64,000 nt of DNA. It comes from an uncultured Phycisphaerales bacterium (GTDB lineage Bacteria > Planctomycetota > Phycisphaerae > Tepidisphaerales > Tepidisphaeraceae). The notes under the pieces were generated by a model. That model saw nothing but the letters and a program-made list of their open reading frames with translations, had not been told where the DNA came from and made no database searches. This document shows, piece after piece, positions 31,130-41,200 of this stretch; position 1 is the stretch's first letter, and each line of letters starts with the position of its first letter. Where the stretch lies: positions 128,001 to 192,000 of the forward strand of contig CAVWLP010000003.1 of assembly GCA_963755915.1 (NCBI GenBank), written 5' to 3'. The position numbers and the translations under genes are program-made.

Positions 31130-32020
31130 TCATCTGACAATTTCTGTTCCGATACCGGCTTCCGTGTAAATTTCCAGGAGGAGCGCGTGGGGAATTTGGC
31201 CGTCGATGATGTGGGTTTTATTAACCCCGCCCTTGAGCGCGGCAAGGCAGGCTTCCACTTTAGGCAGCATGCCGCTGGTGATGACGCCGCTTTTGACCAG
31301 CTCATCGATCTGGCCGGCGTTGAGGTGACGGACGAGGCTTTCGGGGTCGCGGGGGTCGGTGCGAATGCCGTGGGTGTCGGAAACGACGACCAGCTTTTCG
31401 GCCTTCATGGCGGCGGCGACGGCGCCGGCGGCGGTGTCGGCGTTGACGTTGAGCTTGTTCCCGGCCGCGTCGCGGGCGATCGTCGCGATGACGGGGATGG
31501 AGTCGGCCTGCACCAGGAGCTGCAACAGGCGGTTGTTGACGGCGGTGACTTCGCCGACGAGCCCGAGATCGATTCGGCGGCCGTCGGGGCCGGGGAGATA
31601 GGTTTTCTCGGCGAAGAGGACCACGCTGGAAAGGGAATGGAGGCCCATCGCCTCGCAGCCCTGGGTCTGGATGAAATTCACGATGAAGGCGTTGATCTCG
31701 TTGCAGAGCACCTGCTCGGCGATGGCGAGGGTGCGCTCATCGGTGTATCGGCGTCCCATCACCATCTGGGGTTGAAGTCCGGCAGTTTCCATCTTCTGGT
31801 TGATCGCCTTGCCACCGCCGTGGACAAGGATCGGCTGCATGCCGACGTAGTTCATGAAGACGATGTCGTTGAGAAGGTCGGTAAGGGCCTTCTCATCGTC
31901 CATGATTGAACCACCAACTTTGACGACGACGACTTTATTGTGAAATCGCTGGATATATCCGAGCGCCTCCACGAGTGCGGAGGCTTTGTCGATGGCAATT
32001 CTGTCGATCAGGTTTTCCAT
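31130..32020 (-). CDS. argB: Acetylglutamate kinase
   Basis: VVKVGGS, VHGGGK, GRRYTD, NVNADTAA, GMLPKV, HIIDG..PHALLLEI.T..GIGT. Confidence 0.95.
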   Translation of the reverse strand: MENLIDRIAIDKASALVEALGYIQRFHNKVVVVKVGGSIMDDEKALTDLLNDIVFMNYVGMQPILVHGGGKAINQKMETAGLQPQMVMGRRYTDERTLAIAEQVLCNEINAFIVNFIQTQGCEAMGLHSLSSVVLFAEKTYLPGPDGRRIDLGLVGEVTAVNNRLLQLLVQADSIPVIATIARDAAGNKLNVNADTAAGAVAAAMKAEKLVVVSDTHGIRTDPRDPESLVRHLNAGQIDELVKSGVITSGMLPKVEACLAALKGGVNKTHIIDGQIPHALLLEIYTEAGIGTEIVR

Positions 32021-33707
32021 AGGCGGTTCGAGCCAAAACGAAAGCGGATGAGTCTAGAAGTTGGGAATGGAAGTGTCAAAAATGAGATTGGGGTGCCGCG
32101 TTTTACTTTTGCGATTGTCCTGAGATACTGAAGCGAAGAGCTTTTCATCTGGGGAGCATAGCTCAGCGGTAAGAGCAGGGGTCTCATAAACCCTTGGTCC
32201 CTGGTTCGAATCCAGGTGCTCCCATTCAAAGTTTCGCTCGGAACGGTCGAGATTTCCCCGGTGGTTCCGGGCGAATCTTCCTGTTGGCTTTCAGCGCGTT
32301 TGACTCCGCGGGACTCCGCCGAGGTACGCCGAAATTCGCACCCAGGTGACAAGTCAGGTGACAAGCGATTTCCGGCTGTAACAGGCATTCCATCGCTGCC
32401 CGTTTTCTTGGCTTGTTGAACGACCGGCGAAAGGTTCGGCAGCACGTCAAGAGCCGACGCCAACGCACCCCGGTAGACATGCGAATATCGATCCATGGTC
32501 AGGGTGATGGTGGAATGACGGGCGAGGGTCTGGGCGGTCTTGGGATGCACGCCGCCAGCCGCCAAATTGGAAATAAACGTATGGCGCAGGGCATGGAAAT
32601 CGGCCACGCGATTGGCGTGGTCCCGGTATGTGAGAAATAGCGAAGCCTCTCGCTTTAGGCGATTCTCGTCCGTCTCGGCTGATTCGATCCAATCTTGGCG
32701 TGCATTATCCAAATCTCGCCGGAACATTTTGGACACGGCTGTTTCTGATGGCACGTCGAATGCCTTGGCATGCGGCATCTTTCCCGCAAAATGCACCTTG
32801 AGCACAGCCACGGTTGCTGGCCTTAAAGGCAAAACATCCTCCCGGCGGTTCTTCGCATAGGCCGCGGCGATGGTCACGGAAGGCTCGCGATCTTCAAGCC
32901 GAAAGCTTGACGGCGTAAGACTTCGCAGTTCGCCGGCCCGTAGACCTGTTTCGACCGCCAGCCGATAGAGAAGCGATCTCGCCTCACCGGTCATGTCGTA
33001 ATGCTCCGAACCCTTGACTGTAGCATCCAAGAGCCACCGCAGTTCGTCGGCCGACAGTGCTCGGCGGTCGTGGCGCCGATCCGTTCGCACGTTCAAGCCG
33101 CGTAAGTGAGCCAATGGTGACTCCGCCGCGCGGCCATCTTGAACCATCCACCGCGCGAATTGTTTTGCCGCTTGAAGGTAGAAATTTGACGTTTGGGACG
33201 AGATTCCACGCTCGATCACCCCATCGGCGTTGCGCTGATCCTGCCGCATGCCGCTAAGAGCCGCCTGTAGCTTGCTCGCCGACAGGTCCGACCAGAATTG
33301 AAACCCGCATTCCTCAAACATTTTGCGCGCCGACGAGCAGTCTTTTCGGCATGATTCTGCGTGCTCCCCTTGGCCAATAGCGAGGACTTCCAGTCGTCCA
33401 AATGGACTGCGAGCGGATTGCCAGCAGCAACTTTCGCGGCGGAAAGAATTCCCCACTTGGCCAATTTTGCGCGAATAATTCGCGGCATCGCCTCCACGGA
33501 CCGTCCCAAGTCCGGTGTCATTACATCACTGCCGGCATGTATGCTGTTGAGACGATCAATGACCTTGGCCAGGGAATCGCTGGCGCGTCGATCTTCAAAC
33601 AGCGGCAGTCGGCGCAAGGTCTCGGAATAATCGACAAAAACGGCGTACCATTTCTCCGATAACTTGTGCTGTCCATCGGTCCAATATGGCATCTTTCGCA
33701 CTTTCAT
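32008..33707 (-). CDS. Tyrosine integrase reading through attL and the antisense strand of the tRNA (frameshift ~33330)
   Basis: TGLRAGEL, AKN, FHALRHTF, LARHS, DRY catalytic motifs; frame stays open across the tRNA to TGA at 32008. Confidence 0.9.
32152..32224 (+). tRNA. tRNA with CAT anticodon, most likely tRNA-Ile2 (lysidine type); elongator Met not excluded
   Basis: GGGAGCA/TGCTCCC acceptor, GGGGT-CTCATAA-ACCCT anticodon arm, CCTGG-TTCGAAT-CCAGG T-arm; G1-C72 pair argues against initiator Met. Confidence 0.92.
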
Positions 33708-33711
33708 CGCC

Positions 33712-34131
33712 TCATCCCTTCCTGGCGTAATGCGGGCGGCTGGCAACAACATCTAGATTTAGGGCCACCAGCATCGCTTCGATATAGCTCAGGCCAAGCT
33801 GCCGAAATCCCCGGAGAAATTCGTACACCGCCGATTGAGTGAGAGTTGGGCAGTTTTCTTGAGCGGCCTTCCAAAGCTTGTATCGCGTCATTTTTCGGCG
33901 GCCAAGCTCTTGCAGAATTGCCGAACGTATACGGCTCGGCAGCGGTTTTATAATTCGCCCATTCGCATCGCGTCGAATGGGATTAGATCCCATCGTCGGC
34001 TCACGGTCACGCTTGACTCGCGCATCCGATCGGGCCATCGCCTTGCGCAATCGGTCCAAGTCAGCAGGGGTCGTTGGTGGAAGCTCATCGTACTTTTTAT
34101 GAACGATGCCGCCGGCGGATTTGTTCGACAT
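33712..34131 (-). CDS. HTH protein, putative antitoxin partner of BrnT
   Basis: C-terminal XRE-like HTH (MTRYKLWKAA...LTQSAVYEFLRG); overlaps the 3' end of brnT. Confidence 0.6.
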   Translation of the reverse strand: MSNKSAGGIVHKKYDELPPTTPADLDRLRKAMARSDARVKRDREPTMGSNPIRRDANGRIIKPLPSRIRSAILQELGRRKMTRYKLWKAAQENCPTLTQSAVYEFLRGFRQLGLSYIEAMLVALNLDVVASRPHYARKG

Positions 34132-34433
34132 AGGCCCTCTTTTCTTCGGAGTTGGCAGCGCGCTGCGCTGATGATGCGTGTGATCTGCTCTTCTTCGTCT
34201 GTGCGCTCCGTCCATGAGATTCGTGTGATAAGGTCGCGATTTTCAGGGTGCGAGCCGAATGTGCAATATCGGTCTTCTTTATCGCTGTGGTCATCATCAT
34301 AATCCTCGACCAAATAAAGGTCGCCATCCTCCTGCCCCAACACCTTGGCCGCATCGTCAAACGATACGCGATGATGGCGTATATTCGACGCGGCTTTTCT
34401 CGCGTCCCACTCGAACCGCCAATGGAGCCGCAT
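34097..34433 (-). CDS. BrnT-family toxin (frameshift ~34160)
   Basis: FEWD.RKA.SN...H.VSF.DA..V...D..HS..EDRY..FG...RIISA(R).A...EKR.Y. Confidence 0.82.
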
Positions 34434-34506
34434 ATGCCCTTTCCAACGCCGCCATTACAGGCAGCATATTACCTATATCGGTAGCAATCAAGTCAAAATC
34501 GACAAT

Positions 34507-34809
34507 TTATGCCCGCCGGCGATCTTTGCCGTTTGCCAACCACCGATCCCGTGGTGGGCTGCCTGAGTTGAACCAATCAATCAACTCCTGACGTGACCAT
34601 CGCACGGCCCTGCCCATTCGGACGGGCAAGGGCCCAAGCCTGCCAGTCTTGTGCAGAGAGTAAAAGTGCGATTCGGAAACTCCCAGAAGCGCCGCCGCCT
34701 CGGCCGCCGATACGCCAAGCGATTCGGTACGCGTGTGATATCGGAGATGAGTCGGCAGTCCCGTCTCATCGAACAACCTGGCGGGCTGTTTTTGCAGCGT
34801 CGATGCCAT
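34507..34809 (-). CDS. AlpA/excisionase-like HTH protein
   Basis: VSAAEAAALLGVSESHFYSL...G..P.PVRMGRAVRWSRQELIDW. Confidence 0.85.
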   Translation of the reverse strand: MASTLQKQPARLFDETGLPTHLRYHTRTESLGVSAAEAAALLGVSESHFYSLHKTGRLGPLPVRMGRAVRWSRQELIDWFNSGSPPRDRWLANGKDRRRA

Positions 34810-34921
34810 GGCCTTGCCTCTGATTTCCGCCGCACAGCGGAGCCACAGCAGATGTTATTATCGTCATTAACAATGTCAAACAGAATTTGCGGAGTTTCCA
34901 GGATTGCGGTGCGCTCGCTGG

Positions 34922-35149
34922 TCAATCCTCGGTTGGCGTGACGCCGAATCGTTTATGGTGCTTCTCGGCAATTGCAGAGCGGATGGCGGGCTTCGATTCC
35001 AACCAGTGCAGGATCAACGCTTCGAGCACGTGCTTGGGATTCGCAAGATTCCTAGCGCAATCGTACTCAAAGTCGTCAAATAGCTTCTGGTTGAACCGGT
35101 AGGTTCGCTGTACCGTCTGAAGTTCCGGGGAGATGCGGGGGCGTGCCAT
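34922..35149 (-). CDS. Small DNA-binding-like protein (possible ribbon-helix-helix)
   Basis: MARPR start, alternating QRTYRF strand followed by two helices; AGGAG RBS; upstream inverted repeat CATGGTA...TACCATG (35176-35206). Confidence 0.5.
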   Translation of the reverse strand: MARPRISPELQTVQRTYRFNQKLFDDFEYDCARNLANPKHVLEALILHWLESKPAIRSAIAEKHHKRFGVTPTED

Positions 35150-36179
35150 TCTATCTAGCTCCTTCCTGAGATCATCATGGTAACCATCTATTCCAAGCGT
35201 ACCATGTTTTTAACGTTAACAACTTACGCGAGGGTAATCGCCTTTAACGGCATTCGGTGTCCTCCCAGGCACAAAGTTTCTCTTCAACCCCGCAGCCAGA
35301 AGGGGGTTGAAGAGAAACGGCGAATAGCAGAAGGACCGAGCGCAGGCCCTGCCGTCGCGCAGGGATGCAAGACGTGCTGCCACGCGCAGGCGGTACTCCG
35401 TCGAGCATGGCGGCCGGCTTGTCGCCCGGAGCAGGCTGGGCGCAGCGGCGGAACGTCAGCCGAGTTGCGAGAAACAGTCTGACCTCGGCGGATTTCGCGG
35501 GGCACTATATGACATCGATGACGATTGAATCGTTCCGCAGCACAGTCTTTCCCGCAGCCACTCACAGCGGACGGCTTTCGCGCGGACGGGGTGGCGGTCA
35601 ATCTGGATGGCCCGGAGGGAGGGAGATTGTCGGCCGCCCCGGCCGCGTACAAGGGAGCCATGAGGTGGGAGCGGATTTTAGGGATAGGCTTTGCATACGC
35701 ATTGAACGAATTCAGGGTTTCTACATGTTGCGCAAGAAGTCCTGGCCCGACATAGCAAGCCTTTGCATTCTTCACAGGAACTACCCGGAATTGATTCTGG
35801 CCAAACAATAAGCCCATTGGGCGAATCGACAGGTGACTTTGAGCCAACGACTCGTTGCACTAAATCGCCAAACAATTGATCCACAGACCAAGAGGCACCC
35901 AAAGCGGGGGCTCGCAATGCCCGCAGCCGCCGAACTGTTGCCGGTCGGGGGACTAACGTAAGCCGAGAGGGTGTACCCGCCGTTTACCAAAAATCCACTG
36001 GACTGTACCGTTTCGGATTGCGATTCGAAATCGAGTTGACCTGCTTGGATACTTCCCGATGAGCCGCTCAATGTCCAGGTAGTGCCATTCAAAGTGGCAG
36101 GTCCCAAGCTCGCCGTCGCACCGATAGCAGTGTAGACCCAGTTTGGCGCGGCAATATTATCGACCGTAAATGCACCGGT

Positions 36180-37547
36180 GGGAAGCTGAACGCTGGAATT
36201 GGACTGAATCCTAACCAAATATTCGAAACCCCCCAGTGGGACCTAAGCGTCGAGGCAACGCCTCCGCAACTGACCACTTTGGCCGATCAGCCACTTGGTA
36301 ACAATGATTCCCTGACATTTAGCGTTGGGGCGGAAGCGGAAGCTGATATCGGACCGGTATCGGCGGATTGGCAATACACAATCGCAAGCTGGACGCCGTT
36401 CGCGATTCCCTCGGGATCGAGCACGTTCAAGCTCTTGCCCCCTCAAGGGCTTGGGCAATTCACAACAAGCTTTGGTATCGGGAGCGACCAGGTCTTTCCG
36501 TCGTTTCTTCTGTCCGTCTTCGGACAGGCTCAATTATCTGGTCAATTTGAAGTTCCTCTAACAGGCACGACGCGAGCCGTGATTAGCACGTCCTCTGTCG
36601 CCGCCGTCGCCGGCCAACCGTTGCCTCCAATTACCGTGACGCTCGAAGATGCGCTTGGGAATGTGGAAACCGACGACGATTCGAGTGTTACTCTTTCGGT
36701 TGCCCCCGATCCCGTTCTCTACGGCACGACGACGGTTAATGCGGTCGATGGTGTTGCGACCTTCGATAATCTCTACCTCGATACCAGCGGCAACTATAGC
36801 TTTGTCGCGACAGACGCTACCGATGGCATCACGACCATCGTCTATCCAAGCCCTGTTACTGTCGCCGCGTCAAAAGCAACCCATCTCGCGTTCATAGAAG
36901 GGCCAAGCGACACAACGGCCGGAAACGCGATCAGCCCCGCGGTGATGGTGGCTGTCGAAGACCAATACGGCAACATCGTTACGACCAACAATTCCAGGGT
37001 AAATCTAAATCTCGTCGGCGGCCCATGCGAAGCATTCCTGTTGGGCACGGCAAACCTCCAGGTCCAAAATGGCGTGGCCACGTTCAAGGGTTTGTCGATT
37101 CTCAAGGCCGGCGATTATTCGCTCAAGGCAACGGATCGCGGTCTGGCCGGCGCCACATCCGACACCTTTGCTGTGACGCCGGGCCCGGCCGTTCAAATGC
37201 GATTTGTGGATCAATTCCCGTGGCTGGATTCCTCCGGCAAAGATTTCAACGTGCAGGTTGCGCTTTACGACAAATACGGCAACCTGGCAACGAACGACAC
37301 TTCCAGCGTCACGCTGTCACTGGGCGCTCATCCAAAGAGCGGAGTATTGACCGGCAATATAACCGCCGCGGTGGTGAATGGCATTGCCACCTTCGACAAT
37401 CTCTCGCTGAGCGAAGAGGGGTTGTACACATTTGTGGCAACTGACAGCGGCGGAATTCCGGCGATTAACTCGCGGCCCTTCCTGGTAGGCGATTGGAAAT
37501 TTTGGCGGGATTGTGATCGTAATGAATCACTCCTCCAGGATATATGA
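36180..37547 (+). pseudogene. C-terminal fragment of a large surface protein with three Ig-like repeats
   Basis: Repeated V..ED..GN....D.S.VTL......L.G......V.GVATF..L....G.Y...ATD motif; no signal peptide or clear start. Confidence 0.65.
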
Positions 37548-37675
37548 TTGCCGTAACCTCCGCTCGAAATTGCTTCTCTTAATGATATGGCGCGAAGTTC
37601 AACTAATCGGGTTCTTCCGGGCCTCGCGACGGATACGGCCGCATCACATCGGCCGCTTAAGAAAAGGAAAACATC

Positions 37676-38584
37676 ATGATCATGCCTGCCATGAAATGGC
37701 TGCGAAGCGCCGCCTGCGCGGCGGCTTTATTATCCCTCTTCGATGGAACATTCCCGACGGTCGCGGTTGCCAATCCGACCATCAGTTCCGTTCAACTGAC
37801 CGGCAATCCGGGCGACTATACCATTACGATCGACGGCGCTGGATTCGGCGGCTCGCCCGTCTCACCAGGTTATGTCGGAGATACTTCTGATTTCCGGATC
37901 GCTGATGCGGCGCAGTTAGGCTTCGGTGAATGGGGATTCACAGGTGACGCAAAAACACTCACCTATCAAACCTGGTCGGACGGCCAAGTCGTCCTTTCCG
38001 GATTTGGCGGTTCCCCGGCCGATGCTCTTGCGCTTGCGATCTGGAATCCCTCGACGGGTTTGGGCGCAACCTGGGGTGGAAACGTGCCGCCCACCAATTC
38101 CTCCACCCCGCAAATATCCAGCGTGACGTTCTCCGGCTCCGGCGCCAATACCACGATGACGATCACAGGTTCCGGCTTTGGCAGCTCCCCGTTCTCCGGC
38201 CCATTCACCGGCGATTTGAACGATCTCCAGTTCCTCGATTTCCGCACGCCCAGCAATGGAGCTTCGTCTTTATTTGGCGCGGGCGACGAGGGCTTTGGCG
38301 ATATCTCCCCCTACAGCGTCACCCTCAATTACCAGTCCTGGTCGAATAATCAGATCGTCATCACCGGCTTCGGCGGAACCTATGGACAAAACGGCGCGAC
38401 CCTTGACGTCGGCGATCCGGTTACCGTCACGCTGTGGAACTCCGCGGATTCAAACGCTGGCGGCCCGCAAACCGCTTGGGGCGGAATCGTCACCGTGCCG
38501 GAACCCGCATCCGTGGGTTCGCTTATCGGCGGCTTTTGCGTACTGCTCGTTCGTCGCCACCGGTGCAAACAAACCCAGAACTAA
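37676..38584 (+). CDS. PEP-CTERM surface protein with a duplicated IPT/TIG-like domain
   Basis: P.ISSV..G.....TI.G.GFG.SP twice; C-terminal VPEPAS-hydrophobic-RRHR. Confidence 0.85.
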   Translation: MIMPAMKWLRSAACAAALLSLFDGTFPTVAVANPTISSVQLTGNPGDYTITIDGAGFGGSPVSPGYVGDTSDFRIADAAQLGFGEWGFTGDAKTLTYQTWSDGQVVLSGFGGSPADALALAIWNPSTGLGATWGGNVPPTNSSTPQISSVTFSGSGANTTMTITGSGFGSSPFSGPFTGDLNDLQFLDFRTPSNGASSLFGAGDEGFGDISPYSVTLNYQSWSNNQIVITGFGGTYGQNGATLDVGDPVTVTLWNSADSNAGGPQTAWGGIVTVPEPASVGSLIGGFCVLLVRRHRCKQTQN

Positions 38585-38618
38585 CCGCGTCGCGGCACAC
38601 GTTGTCTGGAATTGAGGA
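38581..38618 (+). repeat. 38-bp stop-to-RBS intergenic repeat, copy A
   Basis: 33/38 identical to 39221-39258. Confidence 0.8.
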
Positions 38619-38630
38619 AAGGACTTTGCC

Positions 38631-39224
38631 ATGTTCACGAATACTAATGCCATGTCTTTCTGGTCATCCTTCCTGTGGTGGTGGTCATCAATGCCACTTT
38701 TGTGGGAGGGGTTATTCGTCCTTTGGATTGTTTGTCTCTGGCGGGTTTTCGCCAAAGCTGGCCAGCCCGAATGGGCCGCGCTCATCCCCATCTACAACCT
38801 CGTCGTACTGCTGAAGGTTTGTCGGCGACCGATTCGATGGATCGTCGATCTCTTTTTCGTCCCGTTACTGGGTGTCATTGCCGCAATTGTAGTTATGGTA
38901 ATATTCACTCAACGAGCGGTCAGCGACCAGGACCCAGCCACCGCGGCGATTGGCGGAGTTCTGGCGTTCGTGCTGTATGTCTGCGGATTCGTCTACGGAT
39001 TGGTCTACGGGATTCGTCTTTTGATCTCACTGGGTCGAGTCTTTGGGAAGGGCGCGGCCTTCATCATTGGGCTCATCATTCCATTTACTTCAATTATATT
39101 TTGGGCGATTTTGGCCTTTGATGGCTCCGATTACCGAGGTGAAGGGTCGACTTCGCCTAAGTTGGCTCCGGTGGCTGGGATTCCAGCAGTCTCAAGGCCC
39201 TTACCTTCTGCGAGTCCGAGCTAA
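38631..39224 (+). CDS. DUF5684-family membrane protein
   Basis: WRVFAKAGQPEWAALIPIYN..VLLK...FGKG..F.IGL......F..ILAF. Confidence 0.75.
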   Translation: MFTNTNAMSFWSSFLWWWSSMPLLWEGLFVLWIVCLWRVFAKAGQPEWAALIPIYNLVVLLKVCRRPIRWIVDLFFVPLLGVIAAIVVMVIFTQRAVSDQDPATAAIGGVLAFVLYVCGFVYGLVYGIRLLISLGRVFGKGAAFIIGLIIPFTSIIFWAILAFDGSDYRGEGSTSPKLAPVAGIPAVSRPLPSASPS

Positions 39225-39258
39225 CCGAGTCGCGGCGCGCGTTGTCTGCAATTGCGGA
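39221..39258 (+). repeat. 38-bp stop-to-RBS intergenic repeat, copy B
   Basis: 33/38 identical to 38581-38618. Confidence 0.8.
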
Positions 39259-39267
39259 GGTGCTTTT

Positions 39268-39633
39268 ATGCGGTATAGGATTCTTCCAATCATCATTCTT
39301 GCGATTGTTGGAGCCGGCGGATTCGTGATGCTGAAGGAGTCCAATCGTCCGGCTGTCGTTACTCCGGCAGCCGAGCATATGATTCTACACGGAAGTTACG
39401 TCTCCACCGACCCTAGGCTTGGCTATTTGATTGATTTTGATAAATATCCGGGCACCGCCTGGTTTCTCGCTGGTCAGGGAGGCGCAATGGCCTCTGCGTA
39501 CACCGTGAATGGAAATACGCTTCACCTCGCCATGTGCATACTGGACCTTACGCTGATGCCGGACGGTACGATCCAATGTCCTCCCTGCTTCGGTCCCATG
39601 CAATCAATCGTCATCCTCAAAAAGCGTGGCTAG
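39268..39633 (+). CDS. Hypothetical protein with N-terminal membrane anchor
   Basis: GGAGG RBS; hydrophobic N-terminus. Confidence 0.55.
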   Translation: MRYRILPIIILAIVGAGGFVMLKESNRPAVVTPAAEHMILHGSYVSTDPRLGYLIDFDKYPGTAWFLAGQGGAMASAYTVNGNTLHLAMCILDLTLMPDGTIQCPPCFGPMQSIVILKKRG

Positions 39634-39669
39634 TTGCAATCGCCCGCTGCTCTGTCTCGAGAAGCAACC

Positions 39670-41125
39670 ATGTCAAATATCCAAAAAGCAATTAGCATCA
39701 CCAATGCACTTCTGCTCGCGACGGTTGCGGTTTTGTTTTTCCTGCCGCAGTGCCGGATCGAATCTCAAGCCTATCAATCCACACTCACGGGATTGAATCT
39801 CACCTTGGGCACGACTCCGTATACGCATGTCGAGGGCATGTCCGACGCGGATTACCAAAAGCTTGTTGACATGATCCAGGGCATCCGACAGACAGTGGGT
39901 CAGCCTAAACTTCAAGATTACACCAACCCGGCATTCCTGGGCGTGCTCTTGTTGTCGGCATCGCGGCCATCGCATTCTTCAGTGATGTCAGTAAAGCGCA
40001 AATCAATTCGTTCGGTGTTCGGGTCAGCCGTGATCTTCGGGACTGTGCCGTGGGGGGGGTGCTGATTCTGTTCATCATCTACGGGATAAGCGGCTTCAGT
40101 TCCGAGCAAGCAATGAAAGATCAGAACGCACAGTGGGAAAAGACGATCGCGCAACTCAAGACGGATACCGCAAACAACCAAGCGCAGAATGCCGCAGCTA
40201 TGGGGGCCGATCTTGCGCGAGCTTGGGGAGCGAGCGCCGCGTCGATGCAGGATACGGCGCGAGCCTCGATGGAGCGGATGATCGCCACGATTCAAAAAAC
40301 TGTATGGTTTGACTTGGGCTTCGCGCTATCAGGCACCGCTTTATGCCTGGCGATTGCCGTGCGGTTCACTGGTAAGGTGCCCACGACGTTGGCAGATCGT
40401 CCGATGTCGTCCGCATCCACGGCCGGACAGTTGTCAGAACATTCCGCGAGCGCCGATGCATCTACACATTCCGGTGGGACATGGGATTCGATTAAGACTC
40501 GCACAATGCAATTCGTCGAAACAGCCGAAGCCAAGGCTGCAGAGGCCGTTGAAGCGGGTAAGGTTGAGGTACGACTACATCACGAAAAATCGGCTGTTAG
40601 CGCATGTAATAAGCAGTTGGATCAACTCGCACTTGAATGCGGCGCGTCCGCAGCCGACGTCTCAGCTTTCTCGGATTCGACGCTTCAAGCGCTGCGCCAA
40701 AAAGCTCTGGATGCGCGACAAAAGATGAAAGAAAGCCAATCGCAGCACGATGCGGCGGTGGAGGAGTTGGGCGCATTGACGCGAAGGCAGACCCCACAAA
40801 GGCAGCAGAATTGACCGCCTGGATCAAGGCGACGGATGCCACTTTGCGCCGTCAACAGCACGATTTGGACGCGATTTTGAAAGACTTGGGAACTCGCGTG
40901 CTGGCGGCAAATCTTGCCGAACCCAGGCTTGCCGGATTCTACCGACAGCGGAACGAAATCCAACTGCAAGCCGATGAGCACTCTGCTAACATCGCACGAT
41001 TAGAACAGGAACAGGTTGGACACAAGACATCCCTTGGGTTCAACACGAGAAAAGCAATCATCATCGGCGGCGCAGCCGTTGTCGCGCTTGTGATTTTAAT
41101 ATGGATCGTCACGGAATCGATGTAA
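39670..41125 (+). CDS. Hypothetical membrane/coiled-coil protein (several frameshifts)
   Basis: Consecutive overlapping ORFs 39634-40065, 40050-40814 and 40637-41125 with TM helices and heptad-rich segments. Confidence 0.5.
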
Positions 41126-41200
41126 GGCGCGGTACACACCGGCGAGCAATTTGCCTGCGCTGCCGGGCAAATCGCGAATGTAAAGTGAGGAGATGTTTCC

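Noticed and set aside
38581-39258. Integron attC sites
   Set aside because: TAAC...GTT is present, but the unit is far shorter than a typical attC and lacks the paired R/L box hairpin. Neither integrase shows an evident IntI-specific insertion.
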